From NCBI GenBank assembly GCA_900318145.1, contig ONJM01000008.1:19388-83387 (forward strand): DNA of 64,000 bases, written 5' to 3'. How positions within the stretch are numbered: the first letter of the stretch is position 1; each line of letters begins with the position of its first letter. This document shows positions 48,291 to 58,222 of the stretch, one piece after another. Made by a program: the position numbers and the translations under genes. Under the pieces are notes generated by a model that saw only the letters and a list, made by a program, of their open reading frames with translations, made no database searches and was not told the DNA's origin. This DNA comes from an uncultured Eubacteriales bacterium (GTDB lineage: Bacteria; Bacillota; Clostridia; Christensenellales; Aristaeellaceae).

Positions 48291-49118
48291 TCATCCGAGC
48301 ATTTCCTTCAGGATGCCGTAATATTTTGCTTCTTCCTCCGGGCCGTATTTTCCTGCCAGGAACAGCGGCAGGATCTCCTCGCTGAACCGTTTCCAGGAAG
48401 CGGCTTCGTCACCCGGCATAATGGGATAGAACAGGGCGCCTGCTTCATGCGCTGAAATACCGTCGCTGTCGGTATCCCCGAGCATCAGCGCCTTCACATG
48501 ATCCCCGCACCGGGACATGGCTTTTTTCAGCTGCGCTGTCTTGCTCCCGTCCTCCTGGCTCATCATATAGTCCACAAACGGGGTCAGTCCCCCGGCCGCC
48601 CAGTCTTTTTCCAGTCCCGCTTTTGCGGCGGAGGACACCACGGCGATCGCCGCGGACGGCCATGCTTTCTCCATGGCCTCCCGGACGCCCGGATAAGGCA
48701 TCAGCCCCTCGCACGCTTTGGTGAACAGTTCGTCCGCCCGGTCCGACCAGGCCAGTACCCGGTCCAGCTCAGCGGAGGGATGGCCTTCCGTCCAGGCCTT
48801 CAGCGTTGCGGGCGAATAGCGGGTCTCCCCCTGAATATAGGCGCGCAGGTCTTGAAGTTCAGGGAGCCCTTTTTCTTCCGGGAATTCTTTCGCAAGCCGT
48901 TCAAACACCTCCAGCAGTCCCGGAAAACGGTTGATTCCCCGCAGGGAGGAGAAAAGGTTTACCGTCTTTTCGATTTCCGTAAAGCGCGCGGCTGTTTCCT
49001 CCCGCATGGGCCATATTTCAAGCGCCGCGGGAATAAACGCGTCCAGGTGTTTGATATTCATGCTGTCGAAAGCGGTACCGTCCGAATCGATACCGATCAG
49101 AAAACCGGATGGCGTCAT
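48291..49118 (-). CDS. HAD-superfamily phosphatase
   Basis: Motif I DSDGT, motif II VVSS, motif III K, motif IV LGDTDSD. Confidence 0.85.
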   Translation of the reverse strand: MTPSGFLIGIDSDGTAFDSMNIKHLDAFIPAALEIWPMREETAARFTEIEKTVNLFSSLRGINRFPGLLEVFERLAKEFPEEKGLPELQDLRAYIQGETRYSPATLKAWTEGHPSAELDRVLAWSDRADELFTKACEGLMPYPGVREAMEKAWPSAAIAVVSSAAKAGLEKDWAAGGLTPFVDYMMSQEDGSKTAQLKKAMSRCGDHVKALMLGDTDSDGISAHEAGALFYPIMPGDEAASWKRFSEEILPLFLAGKYGPEEEAKYYGILKEMLG

Positions 49119-49133
49119 CAGATTTCCCCCCTG

Positions 49134-50126
49134 TCAGTTGTTTTCAATCGCGTGCAGCCTTTCCTCGACCGCTTTTGTCTTTTCCGCGTCAAGCCCCATA
49201 TAAGCCAGGCTGTCCCGCAGGGTGATCACGCTGGCTGCTGCCGCCGGCGCCGCCTGCTGCCCGCCCGTAATCTCCTCCAGGATCTTTTTCCCTTCGGGAT
49301 GCTCCGCCAGGTACAGCAGTGTGCAGTCCAGGTTCAGGGTTTTCTCCCGGTTGCCGTTGATTTTTCTGCCGAATCGCGGCTCTGTCAGGCCGCTGCTGTC
49401 CATTCCGCCCATCACGTCCGCCAGCCAGCCGATGCTGTCCTCCACCCAGGAAGGGTAGCGGCTGCAGAAGCCCGGGCGGTTGACGCTCGGATCCCCGGTG
49501 GAAAGGCCGTGCGCGCCGTTTGAATAGATATGGCTTTCAAAGGCGATGCCCTGCGCGCAGAGCGCGTCGATCATATGCACCGCGTTGGCAACCGGCACCA
49601 GGTTGTCGGTCCGGGTGGCGAAAACGAAGCAGGGGCACGTGTTCCGGTCCACCGCGGAGGGTACGTCCGGCGCGGAAGGCAGGTAGTCGCGGGCGCAGTC
49701 CCCGTCGATCACGGGGTAGCCCAGAATGGCTGCCGCGGGCCGGTGCCTGGACATCGTGGCCGCGCAGGCCGCCAGGTGTCCGCCGGCGGAGAAGCCGATC
49801 ACGGCAATCCGGTCCGGAACCACGTGCCATTCCTCCGCCCGTGCCAGGATCAGCTCCATAGCCTGCTCATAATCCTCCAGCGGCTGCGGCCACGCGGCCT
49901 GTTCGTTCAGGGAATACCGAAGGATGAATGCCTGGTATCCGGCCTTCAGGTAGGGAAAAGCCACCGGATCCGCCTCCCGGTCGGAGCAGAAATGGTATCC
50001 GCCTCCGGGGATGACCAGCACGGCAGGCCGCGCGGTAATCCCGCCGAATTCACCGCCCGCCGCCTGGAGATATGCGGTAAGGCTGACCTTCCGCGTTTCG
50101 TTCAGGACAATATACTCTTTCTGCAT
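49134..50126 (-). CDS. alpha/beta-hydrolase esterase (acetyl/feruloyl esterase-like)
   Basis: PGGGY oxyanion hole, GFSAGGHL nucleophile, D.LVP, GAHG. Confidence 0.85.
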   Translation of the reverse strand: MQKEYIVLNETRKVSLTAYLQAAGGEFGGITARPAVLVIPGGGYHFCSDREADPVAFPYLKAGYQAFILRYSLNEQAAWPQPLEDYEQAMELILARAEEWHVVPDRIAVIGFSAGGHLAACAATMSRHRPAAAILGYPVIDGDCARDYLPSAPDVPSAVDRNTCPCFVFATRTDNLVPVANAVHMIDALCAQGIAFESHIYSNGAHGLSTGDPSVNRPGFCSRYPSWVEDSIGWLADVMGGMDSSGLTEPRFGRKINGNREKTLNLDCTLLYLAEHPEGKKILEEITGGQQAAPAAAASVITLRDSLAYMGLDAEKTKAVEERLHAIENN

Positions 50127-50138
50127 AGCCGATCCTCC

Positions 50139-51887
50139 TTACAGTCTTGTATCCCACCGTCCGCAGAACACGGTGTCGTCCGCCGTTCCCCGGAAGGCGC
50201 TTTTCCCGGTGATTTTCTCCACAGCTGCCCGGATGTTTTCGCGGTTCGGTCCGTAGGCGTTCACAAAGGTGTGGATGTTCGCGCAGTCAGCCAGGTGATT
50301 GGTGTAGTTCAGGCTGACGCCGACCGTCGGCACCTCTTCCGTATACCAGGGCATCTCCATGCTGTGGCCGCTGCTCCAGCTGAGTCGTTCCACGTTCCGC
50401 TGGGCATATCCCTTGATATTGATGAACACGAACACGATATCGTAATTCTTCCGGAAATCCTCCCGCCGCCCCGGTTGCATCATCCGGACGAAATTCATGG
50501 GGTGTACGCCGTTCTCAATCTCCAGGTCGTAGAAGCTGGGGCACTGGGTAACCGTGAAGCCGGCCCGTTCCAGCTCCTCCGTAATCAGCTGCCGCACGCC
50601 GTCGCCCCGGTAGCCTTTGCTGTTGGGGGTGCTCTGGACGTAGACCAGCAGCGCCCGTTTCCGCTCCGCCGGGCGCACAGGCAGCAGTTGCCGGGTATCC
50701 TTCACCAGGGTCACGCCCCTGTCGGCAGCTTCGGCGGTGTATTGCCTGTGTTCCGCGCAGCCGACCGCTTCCAGCCCGGCTTTTTCCGGATACCGTACGG
50801 AATCCCGGTACAGCTTCAGGTGCGCTTTCAGTCCCAGGATGCGGTGCAGCGCGTCGTCCAGCCGCGCCTCCGTCACGATTCCCCGCTCCATTCCGGCTTT
50901 CAGATATCCCAGGTCTTCCTCGGTGTCGTTGGTGAACAGGAACATATCGCATCCGGCGGCGATGCATTTCGGCACCGCCTCGCTCCGCTTCATCACGCCC
51001 GCCATTCCGATCATATGGGATGCGTCGGAAATGATCAGGCCGTTGAATCCCATCTGTTCCCGCAGCAGATCCTGCAGCAGCTCCGGCGCCAGGGACGCGG
51101 GCATGATCTCCTCGTTCCGGATCCCGGGGCGCAGCTTCCGGCTCATCTGCGGCAGGGAGATCTGCCCGGTCATGATGGTCTCCAGGCCTTCGTCAATCAT
51201 CGTCCGGTATACCCGGCCGTAGCTTTCGGACCATTCCTCCGGGTCCGCTTCGTTATGCGCCGGTGAATTGTGGGGATCCAGCTCGTCCCATCCGTCTCCC
51301 GGGAAATGCTTGCACGTGCAGGCCATGTTCGGCGCCGCGTCCTTGATGCCCCGGATATAGGCCCGTACGCAGTCCGTCACCCGGTCCGCGTCGCTGCCGA
51401 AGGAACGGGTGTTTACAATGGTATTTCGCCAGTTCCGGTATACATCCGCCACCGGGTTGAACATCCAGTTCACGCCGATGGCCGCCGCTTCTTTCCCGGC
51501 TACATACCCCATCCGGTACGCCGTCTCAGTTCCCTCTTCGGCCCCGGCTTCCGCGGCTGTCGCCACAAAGGTGCCTTCCTGCGGCAGCACGCCGTTGCCG
51601 CCTTCGTCGCAGTTCCCGGCGATCAGTACGGGAATCCTGCTGTACCGCTGGAAGAGCGTGTTCTGCCGGAACACGGTTTCCTTGTCTCCGCCCTGCCAGC
51701 GCATTCCGCCCGGCCGGGCGCTTTCCATCAGCGCCCGGATCTGTTCCTCGTCCGCCCCCGGAACCGGCTTGAGCAGCACGAACAGCTGCCTGAGCTTTTC
51801 GTCCATGGTCATGGATCCGATTGTATCCTCCACCCAGCGGATCTCCTCATCGTTGAGGTAAAAAGGCTTTGCTTTCAGGTCAACCAT
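50139..51887 (-). CDS. GH3, Nag3/BglP-like subgroup (variant acid/base loop DPH)
   Basis: KHFPGDGWDELDPH, NTRSFG, LIISDASHM; no signal peptide. Confidence 0.88.
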   Translation of the reverse strand: MVDLKAKPFYLNDEEIRWVEDTIGSMTMDEKLRQLFVLLKPVPGADEEQIRALMESARPGGMRWQGGDKETVFRQNTLFQRYSRIPVLIAGNCDEGGNGVLPQEGTFVATAAEAGAEEGTETAYRMGYVAGKEAAAIGVNWMFNPVADVYRNWRNTIVNTRSFGSDADRVTDCVRAYIRGIKDAAPNMACTCKHFPGDGWDELDPHNSPAHNEADPEEWSESYGRVYRTMIDEGLETIMTGQISLPQMSRKLRPGIRNEEIMPASLAPELLQDLLREQMGFNGLIISDASHMIGMAGVMKRSEAVPKCIAAGCDMFLFTNDTEEDLGYLKAGMERGIVTEARLDDALHRILGLKAHLKLYRDSVRYPEKAGLEAVGCAEHRQYTAEAADRGVTLVKDTRQLLPVRPAERKRALLVYVQSTPNSKGYRGDGVRQLITEELERAGFTVTQCPSFYDLEIENGVHPMNFVRMMQPGRREDFRKNYDIVFVFINIKGYAQRNVERLSWSSGHSMEMPWYTEEVPTVGVSLNYTNHLADCANIHTFVNAYGPNRENIRAAVEKITGKSAFRGTADDTVFCGRWDTRL

Positions 51888-51899
51888 CGGTCTTCTCCC

Positions 51900-52544
51900 T
51901 CATCCTTTTACAATCTCAGTCAGTTCCCGGATGCTTTCCATGTTCCAGTCCCCCGCGCCGTTCTTCGCGGCGTCTCCGACGCAGGCCACCATCATGCCGC
52001 CCCGGTGGCCGGCTTCGGCGCCGGAAACCGCGTCTTCCACCACCAGGCACCGGTCCGCCGGAATTCCCAGCATCTCCGCCGCTTTGACGAACACCTCCGG
52101 ATCCGGCTTGGACCGGGTAATATTGTTGCCGTCGCTCACCGCGTCAAAGTAGTTTCCCAGCCCGATCTGCCCCAGGATAAACGGCGTGTTCTTGGAAGAG
52201 GATCCGATCGCCAGCTTTAGTCCTTTGCCCCGCAGCGCGTCCAGCGTTTCCTTTACCTCCTCCGGCAGGTCCGCCGTACTCATCTCCCGCAGGGATTCCC
52301 GGTACAGGTCGTTTTTCTCCCGGGCCAGATCCTCTTTCTGTTCGGGGCTCAGCGCCGGCCCCTTGTATTTCTCCAGGATGATCTCGAGGCTCGCCATCCG
52401 GCTCACGCCCCGCAGCCGGTTGTTGACTGTCCGGTCAAACGGGATCCCCATGCCGTCCGCCATGGTTTTCCAGGCTTTGTAGTGGTATTCGTCCGTCGAG
52501 CAGATCACCCCGTCCAGGTCAAAGATCACCGCGTCAAACTTCAT
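51900..52544 (-). CDS. pgmB: beta-phosphoglucomutase
   Basis: FDLDGVI, HYKAW, LRGVSRMASL, SSSKN, SKPDPEVF, VEDA. Confidence 0.92.
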   Translation of the reverse strand: MKFDAVIFDLDGVICSTDEYHYKAWKTMADGMGIPFDRTVNNRLRGVSRMASLEIILEKYKGPALSPEQKEDLAREKNDLYRESLREMSTADLPEEVKETLDALRGKGLKLAIGSSSKNTPFILGQIGLGNYFDAVSDGNNITRSKPDPEVFVKAAEMLGIPADRCLVVEDAVSGAEAGHRGGMMVACVGDAAKNGAGDWNMESIRELTEIVKG

Positions 52545-52556
52545 GGTTCTGCCTCC

Positions 52557-54311
52557 TTAATATTTCAGGTATTCTTTGCCGCAGTAGGGATCGACAGGGC
52601 TCACGCCCCTGAATTCGCTGCGGCCCATGATTTTTTCCATAACCGCGAGCCGGTACTGCGGTTCGCTGCTGTATGCGTTGATAAAGGTTTCGGCCATCGG
52701 CGCGTCAAAAAGATGGTAGGGATAACCCGTGGAAATCATCAGCACCGGAACCTCCGCCGTAAGCCACGGCGCGTCGTCGCCCAGGCCGAACACCACATTC
52801 CAGTTGAGGCGCAGGGTTGTGTTGTTGGAGGCGTTCTGCATGTTGCAGATATAGACATAAAGATCGTAGCACTTTCGCGTATCCTCAACGCCCCGGTAAA
52901 GCTCGCCCATCAGGGCGGCCTTCTCCGGGCTGAGCGCCGGCGCGTCAAAATCCGAAGGTTCAATGCTGACGCGCCGGTCGCGTACAGTCACCTCGAAACC
53001 TTCTTTTTCGAAAGCTTCCTTCCACGCAAGGACGAAGGAATCGTCCGGGTCGCAGCTCTTCTGGATCACATTCAGGTACAGGCGGGGATACTTCGCCGGG
53101 GAAATGGGCAGCAGCCCCTGGCGGTCATGCACCAGTGTGACCGCCTGATCGGCGACCGCGCGGCTCCAGGCGCGGAATTCCGGCTTTCCGACTTCCGCCA
53201 GCGCTTCGGGCGGCGGAACCAGCGTTCCTTCCTTTTGTTTTCTGTGCAGGCCGAGGGAAGCTTTCGTCGCGAGAATCCTCGTCACAGCTTCGTCAAGCCG
53301 CTCCATGCTCAGCAGCCCTTCACGAAGGCCCGCGAGCAGATATCCGTAATCCTCCTTCAGGTCCTTGTTGAACAGGAACATATCCGCGCCGGCTTCGATC
53401 GCTGTCGGAACCGCCAGGCGGCGCGGCATGGCGGCGGTAAAGCCGATCATGGCGGAGGAGTCCGTTGAAATCAGGCCGTTGAATCCCAGTTCGCCCCGCA
53501 GCAGCCCGGTCATCAGCTCGCGGCTCAGGCTGGCGGGCCGCGTCATTTCACGGCGGGATGCGTCCGGATTCAGTTTTTTCACCCAGGCGGGCTGGGCTAT
53601 GTGGCCGACCATCACCGTCTTTGCTCCCTTTTCGATCAGTGTCCTGTAAACCCGTCCGTAGGTCTTCATATACGTCTCGCAGTCCAGGGAGTTCACGCTG
53701 GTGACAATATGCTGATCGCGCTCGTCCACGCCGTCCCCCGGAAAATGCTTGATGGACACAGCCACGCCGCATTCGTCCGCGGCATCCAGGTAGCGGGATG
53801 CGCAGGCGATCACCCGGTCCGGATCGGAGCCGAAAGTGCGGGTGTTGGTAATCGGGTTGTGGAAATCCATGTCGATATCCACAATCGGCGCAAAGGACCA
53901 GTTGAGGCCCATCATTGCGCCTTCATGGCATGCGGTATAGGCCATCCGGTAAGCGTTTTCCGGATCGCCGGTTGCCGCGACCGCCATCGGCGCGCCGAAT
54001 CCTGTGCCCTCGAAGGACAGGCCGCTGCCGCCCGCTTCTGTGTTCGCCGCCAGCAGCAGCGGGATCTTTGCCATCTCCTGGATACGGCGGTGCGTCTCCT
54101 GGATCGCCGCCTTCGGTCCGGGCCTGTACATGATGCCGCCGATCCCGAGGCCGCAGACCATGCCGCGGAGTGCTTCCTCGCTGCCGGCGAGCCCCAGGGG
54201 GCAGAAAACCTGGCCGGCCTTCTCCTCCACGGTCATGGAGGCAAGGGTTTCGTTTACCCACCGGACCCCTTCGTCGTCGAGAAAAAACGGATTTGCCCTA
54301 AGATCGATCAT
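52557..54311 (-). CDS. GH3 Nag3/BglP-like, probable retaining beta-glucoside phosphorylase
   Basis: KHFPGDGVDERDQH loop, NTRTFG, LISTDS; adjacent to pgmB. Confidence 0.85.
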   Translation of the reverse strand: MIDLRANPFFLDDEGVRWVNETLASMTVEEKAGQVFCPLGLAGSEEALRGMVCGLGIGGIMYRPGPKAAIQETHRRIQEMAKIPLLLAANTEAGGSGLSFEGTGFGAPMAVAATGDPENAYRMAYTACHEGAMMGLNWSFAPIVDIDMDFHNPITNTRTFGSDPDRVIACASRYLDAADECGVAVSIKHFPGDGVDERDQHIVTSVNSLDCETYMKTYGRVYRTLIEKGAKTVMVGHIAQPAWVKKLNPDASRREMTRPASLSRELMTGLLRGELGFNGLISTDSSAMIGFTAAMPRRLAVPTAIEAGADMFLFNKDLKEDYGYLLAGLREGLLSMERLDEAVTRILATKASLGLHRKQKEGTLVPPPEALAEVGKPEFRAWSRAVADQAVTLVHDRQGLLPISPAKYPRLYLNVIQKSCDPDDSFVLAWKEAFEKEGFEVTVRDRRVSIEPSDFDAPALSPEKAALMGELYRGVEDTRKCYDLYVYICNMQNASNNTTLRLNWNVVFGLGDDAPWLTAEVPVLMISTGYPYHLFDAPMAETFINAYSSEPQYRLAVMEKIMGRSEFRGVSPVDPYCGKEYLKY

Positions 54312-54325
54312 CTCGCTTTGCCTCC

Positions 54326-57073
54326 TTAAAAAGCTCTCAGTTCAAACAGCCGGCGGGTGCCCTCCGCCACCATCTGCGGATTGAATCCGCGGAAGAACAG
54401 GAACTGCAGTTCCCGCAGGGACATGCTCAGGAATTCCGCGTCCCCGGAGCGGATCAGCCCAAGGGCTTGCGGCAGGTCCTTCTCCAGAACCGCCAGCGCT
54501 TCCGGATCCTCCCGCATCTCGTCCAGCCGGCTTTCCATGCTGTACTTCATCCGGTAATCCCTGTCCGGCCGGTAGGTCTCCTCATATTCGCCGGCCGCCA
54601 GCTCAACCGTCCTGCCCGCTCCCGGCAGCGCGGCTTCCGCGCTGCAGCCAAAGGGAACCCGGAACCGGACCGTCAGCGTTCCGTCCTCATTGATCCGCCA
54701 GCCGGAAGCGTACTCCCCGCTCACGGAATCGTAGGCGCATGAAACCTCCTGCACCCGGAAGGTGGGCTGGGGCTCGAAGCGCACCCGGGTGAAGCCGGGT
54801 TCCGTTCCCCGGATCCCCGCCAGGTCCCGGTATACGTATTCCATCACGGAGCCGTAGGAATAGTGGTTCAGGGAATTCATTTCCGTGCCGGAGATCGTTC
54901 CGTCGTCCAGCACCGAATTCCAGCGTTCCCAGATGGTGGTGGCCCCCAGGCCGACGCAGTGCATCCATCCCGGGAAACCCTTCTGGAAGAGGAAATAGGC
55001 CGCCAGGTCCTCCATCCCGTTCTCCGCCATTACCCGGCACATCATCGTGGCTCCGACAAAGCCGCCCTTGATCCGGTAGCAGTCCTTCTGCAGCCGGGTC
55101 CGGAAATCCGCGGTAATCCGGTCCTTATCGATGTACACCCCGAAGTTCAGGCACAGCAGGTACGCCGTCTGGGTTGTGACAGCCAGCCGTCCGCTGGGGG
55201 TGAAATATTCCCGCAGGATCGCCTCCCGGATCTCCCCGGCAAGCTTTCCGTAATCCGCCGCGTCGCCGTCCTTCCCCAGGATCCGCGCTGCCCGCTCCGT
55301 CTTCCGGGCGGACGCGTAATAGTACATGCTGGCGACGAAATAGTCGTCCGTGCCGCCCTTCATGCTCTGGGGCGTCACCCCGTCCTGGGCCAGCCAGTCG
55401 CCGAAGTGGAAGCCGAAGTTCCACAGCCGGCCGCCGCCCCGCTCATCGTCCTGCCGCCGGATCCACTCCAGCCAGTCCCGCATCATGGGATACTGTACCT
55501 CCAGGTCCGTCCGGTTTCCGTAGAAGTCGTACAGCGTCATCGGCAGGAAGGTGGCGATATCTCCCCATACGCTGGATCCGCCCGGCATCCCGCCCAGGTT
55601 CGGCAGGAAGTTGGCAACCGCGCCGCCGCTTTTCACCTGGTCCGCCCGCAGGTCCCGCAGGAATTTCCGGTAGAATGCCCGGGTGTCCATCTGGAAGCAC
55701 GCCGTAGGCGAGAAAACCTGGGCGTCCCCGGTCCATCCCAGCCGTTCGTCCCGCTGCGGGCAGTCCGTGGGCATATCCAGGAAATTGCTCCGCTGGCCCC
55801 AGAAGGCGTTCTTCGCCAGCCGGTTCAGGGCCGCGTCGGAGGAGCGGAAGCGGATGGAGGTATCCAGCTCTGAGTAAACCACCCGCCCGGTGAAATCCTC
55901 CTTCCGGACCTCCCCGGGCCATCCGGTCACCCGCACATAGCGGAAGCCGAAATACGTGAAGTGGGCCCGCACCGTTTCCTTCCGGCCGTCCGACACGTAA
56001 ATCATCTGCGCCTTCGCGGTGCGGTAGTTGTCGTTGTAGAAGTTTCCTCCCTGCAGGATCTCCCCGTGGTCCAGGACAATCCGCGTCCCGGCAGGGAAAT
56101 CAGCGGTGTATTCCGCGTATCCGGTGAAGTTCTGCCCGAAATCCAGCACCGTTTCCCCGGCAGGGGTCCGGATCACTTCCTGTACAGGCAGGCTGTCCAT
56201 CACGGTCACCGGCAGGCTGCGGCGGTCTGCCAGGGGACGGTCCGGCATCAGCACGGCTGCCCGGTCCGGGTTTTCCTTCCCGTGCCACAGCATCCGGTCC
56301 AGCGTTTCGCCGTCGTAGATATCCGTGGCCGCGAAGTCGCTGCCCCGGTAGCGCCACGTTTCATCCGTGGCGACAATCTGCTCCGTTCCGTCCGCCAGCC
56401 GGATCCGCAGCTCCGCCAGGACCTGGAACCGGTTTCCGAACACTTCCCGCGCGCCTTCATATCCCAGCCGTCCCTTGTACCAGCCGTTCCCGGTAAGGAT
56501 TTCGATCCGGTTTTCCCCGGCGCGGAGCATTCCGCCGGCGTCGTAGGTCTGTACCTGGACCGCTTCGTTATAGTCGTTGCAGAAAGGCGCCAGCAGATCA
56601 TTGCCGGCCTTTTCACCGTTCACATACGCCTCGTAAAGTCCCAGCCCGCTCACGTACAGCCGGGCGGATACCGCCTCCGCCGGCAGTGTGAACGTCCGGA
56701 AGAACACGGGATGAAAACGGTCCTCCTCCCGGGTCCCGATCCATTTTCCGGCCCAGGGCTCATCCATTTTTCCGGTTTCGAAGAAAGAGGTGCCTTCCGC
56801 CCGGTCCCCGGCGTCGCCTTTCACCTCCGCCCGCCAGTAATAGCGGGTGCGCGGCGCGGGAGTAAGCGGAATCTCTTCTCCGGAAGAGCGTAGGACTTCC
56901 CCTGCTTTTTCGTACAGGATACCTTTGAATTCCGGATCTGCCGCCACGGTGATTTTCGTTTCGGCGGGCTTTGCCGATGCGGTTTCCCGGACCTTCCAGG
57001 ACAGGGAAAAATGCGGCAGCGCGAATCCGATCGGTTCACGGATGCCGTTGATGCGGAGGTCGGTCACTTTCAT
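54326..57073 (-). CDS. GH78 alpha-L-rhamnosidase
   Basis: DFGQN, FTYFGFRY, PTDCPQRDERLGWTGDAQ, GATTIWERW, MNSLNHY; no signal peptide. Confidence 0.94.
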   Translation of the reverse strand: MKVTDLRINGIREPIGFALPHFSLSWKVRETASAKPAETKITVAADPEFKGILYEKAGEVLRSSGEEIPLTPAPRTRYYWRAEVKGDAGDRAEGTSFFETGKMDEPWAGKWIGTREEDRFHPVFFRTFTLPAEAVSARLYVSGLGLYEAYVNGEKAGNDLLAPFCNDYNEAVQVQTYDAGGMLRAGENRIEILTGNGWYKGRLGYEGAREVFGNRFQVLAELRIRLADGTEQIVATDETWRYRGSDFAATDIYDGETLDRMLWHGKENPDRAAVLMPDRPLADRRSLPVTVMDSLPVQEVIRTPAGETVLDFGQNFTGYAEYTADFPAGTRIVLDHGEILQGGNFYNDNYRTAKAQMIYVSDGRKETVRAHFTYFGFRYVRVTGWPGEVRKEDFTGRVVYSELDTSIRFRSSDAALNRLAKNAFWGQRSNFLDMPTDCPQRDERLGWTGDAQVFSPTACFQMDTRAFYRKFLRDLRADQVKSGGAVANFLPNLGGMPGGSSVWGDIATFLPMTLYDFYGNRTDLEVQYPMMRDWLEWIRRQDDERGGGRLWNFGFHFGDWLAQDGVTPQSMKGGTDDYFVASMYYYASARKTERAARILGKDGDAADYGKLAGEIREAILREYFTPSGRLAVTTQTAYLLCLNFGVYIDKDRITADFRTRLQKDCYRIKGGFVGATMMCRVMAENGMEDLAAYFLFQKGFPGWMHCVGLGATTIWERWNSVLDDGTISGTEMNSLNHYSYGSVMEYVYRDLAGIRGTEPGFTRVRFEPQPTFRVQEVSCAYDSVSGEYASGWRINEDGTLTVRFRVPFGCSAEAALPGAGRTVELAAGEYEETYRPDRDYRMKYSMESRLDEMREDPEALAVLEKDLPQALGLIRSGDAEFLSMSLRELQFLFFRGFNPQMVAEGTRRLFELRAF

Positions 57074-57158
57074 AGGCTGTTTTTCCTTTCAAAAATGGCG
57101 GGCGAGGTTGTCTTGCCGTCGCCCGCCGTTCAGGTGGTTGCAGGGTGGCCGGAACCGG

Positions 57159-58172
57159 CTATGCTTTAAGCGGTTCCCGCTTCCCGAATATTTTTCCGGT
57201 CAGTTTCCGGATATTCTGTCCCTGCCCGGCCACAAAGTTAACCAGGAACACGAACAGGCCCATCATTGCGGTGGAAATTGCGGCGCCGAGCTCCGCCTTG
57301 AAAACCAGCTGCAGGCCGTATTTCATCAGGCAGATGGAAATGGAGCCCATAATGATGCCGATGGTATCACCGCAGAATACTCCGATATACAGTCCCACAA
57401 ACACCGGCAGGATATTGCTGAACAGCTCGCCCACCGTGCTCAGCGAGGAGAAGATCGCGTCGCGTTTCCCCAGTGAACTCCAGATAATCGTTGCGAATCC
57501 GAAGATCAGGCCGCTGTAGATATAGCTGATAATCACGTTCCGGTTTTCTTTCACGCCGATGTTCACCGCGGACTGCTGGTTCTTCGCCAGCAGTACGCTC
57601 TGCTTGCCTGTGGTTGTCAGGTAATTGTATACCGCGTATACACCCACGGCGCCCGCCAGGGGAATCAGCACCAGCGGATAAGCGGACAGCTGCTTGATGA
57701 ATTTGACGGAAACCAGGTTGATTCCGCCGCCGCCGAAGATCTGGCTGGTAATGGATTCATACAGCAGCGCCATACCGATGGTGGCGATCATGATCGGCAG
57801 CCGCCCGTAAACGTATACCAGGGCCACCAGCACGCTGAAGGCTACGCACAGGCCGACGCAAAGTACCCCGAAGAGCAGGGGGCTGCCTGTTCCGGAGTTC
57901 TTCGCGACGTTTCCCGCGATAATGGCGGAAAGCAGCATGATCGAACCGCCGGAGAAGTCAAACCGCCCGCTCTTGAACTGGAGGCCGATGCCCATGGCGC
58001 AGGCAATGGATACCGCGATACTGGGAATCAGCGCCTGCCACATTTTCATCGTTCCGAAAAAGGTATAGCCGTTGGCGTCGCACAGAATCTTCATGATCAC
58101 GAACATGATCACGGGGAGCATCAGCGTACCGGCCACGCGCTTAAGGATTTCCAATGTTTTCTTCATGGGCAT
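57159..58172 (-). CDS. CUT2 (RbsC-like) ABC permease
   Basis: GRFDFSGG, LPIMIATIG, multi-TM. Confidence 0.85.
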   Translation of the reverse strand: MPMKKTLEILKRVAGTLMLPVIMFVIMKILCDANGYTFFGTMKMWQALIPSIAVSIACAMGIGLQFKSGRFDFSGGSIMLLSAIIAGNVAKNSGTGSPLLFGVLCVGLCVAFSVLVALVYVYGRLPIMIATIGMALLYESITSQIFGGGGINLVSVKFIKQLSAYPLVLIPLAGAVGVYAVYNYLTTTGKQSVLLAKNQQSAVNIGVKENRNVIISYIYSGLIFGFATIIWSSLGKRDAIFSSLSTVGELFSNILPVFVGLYIGVFCGDTIGIIMGSISICLMKYGLQLVFKAELGAAISTAMMGLFVFLVNFVAGQGQNIRKLTGKIFGKREPLKA

Positions 58173-58222
58173 CAGCCTCTTATCATTCGTCGTTCAGGAA
58201 ACAGGGAACAGGGAATCCGTTC

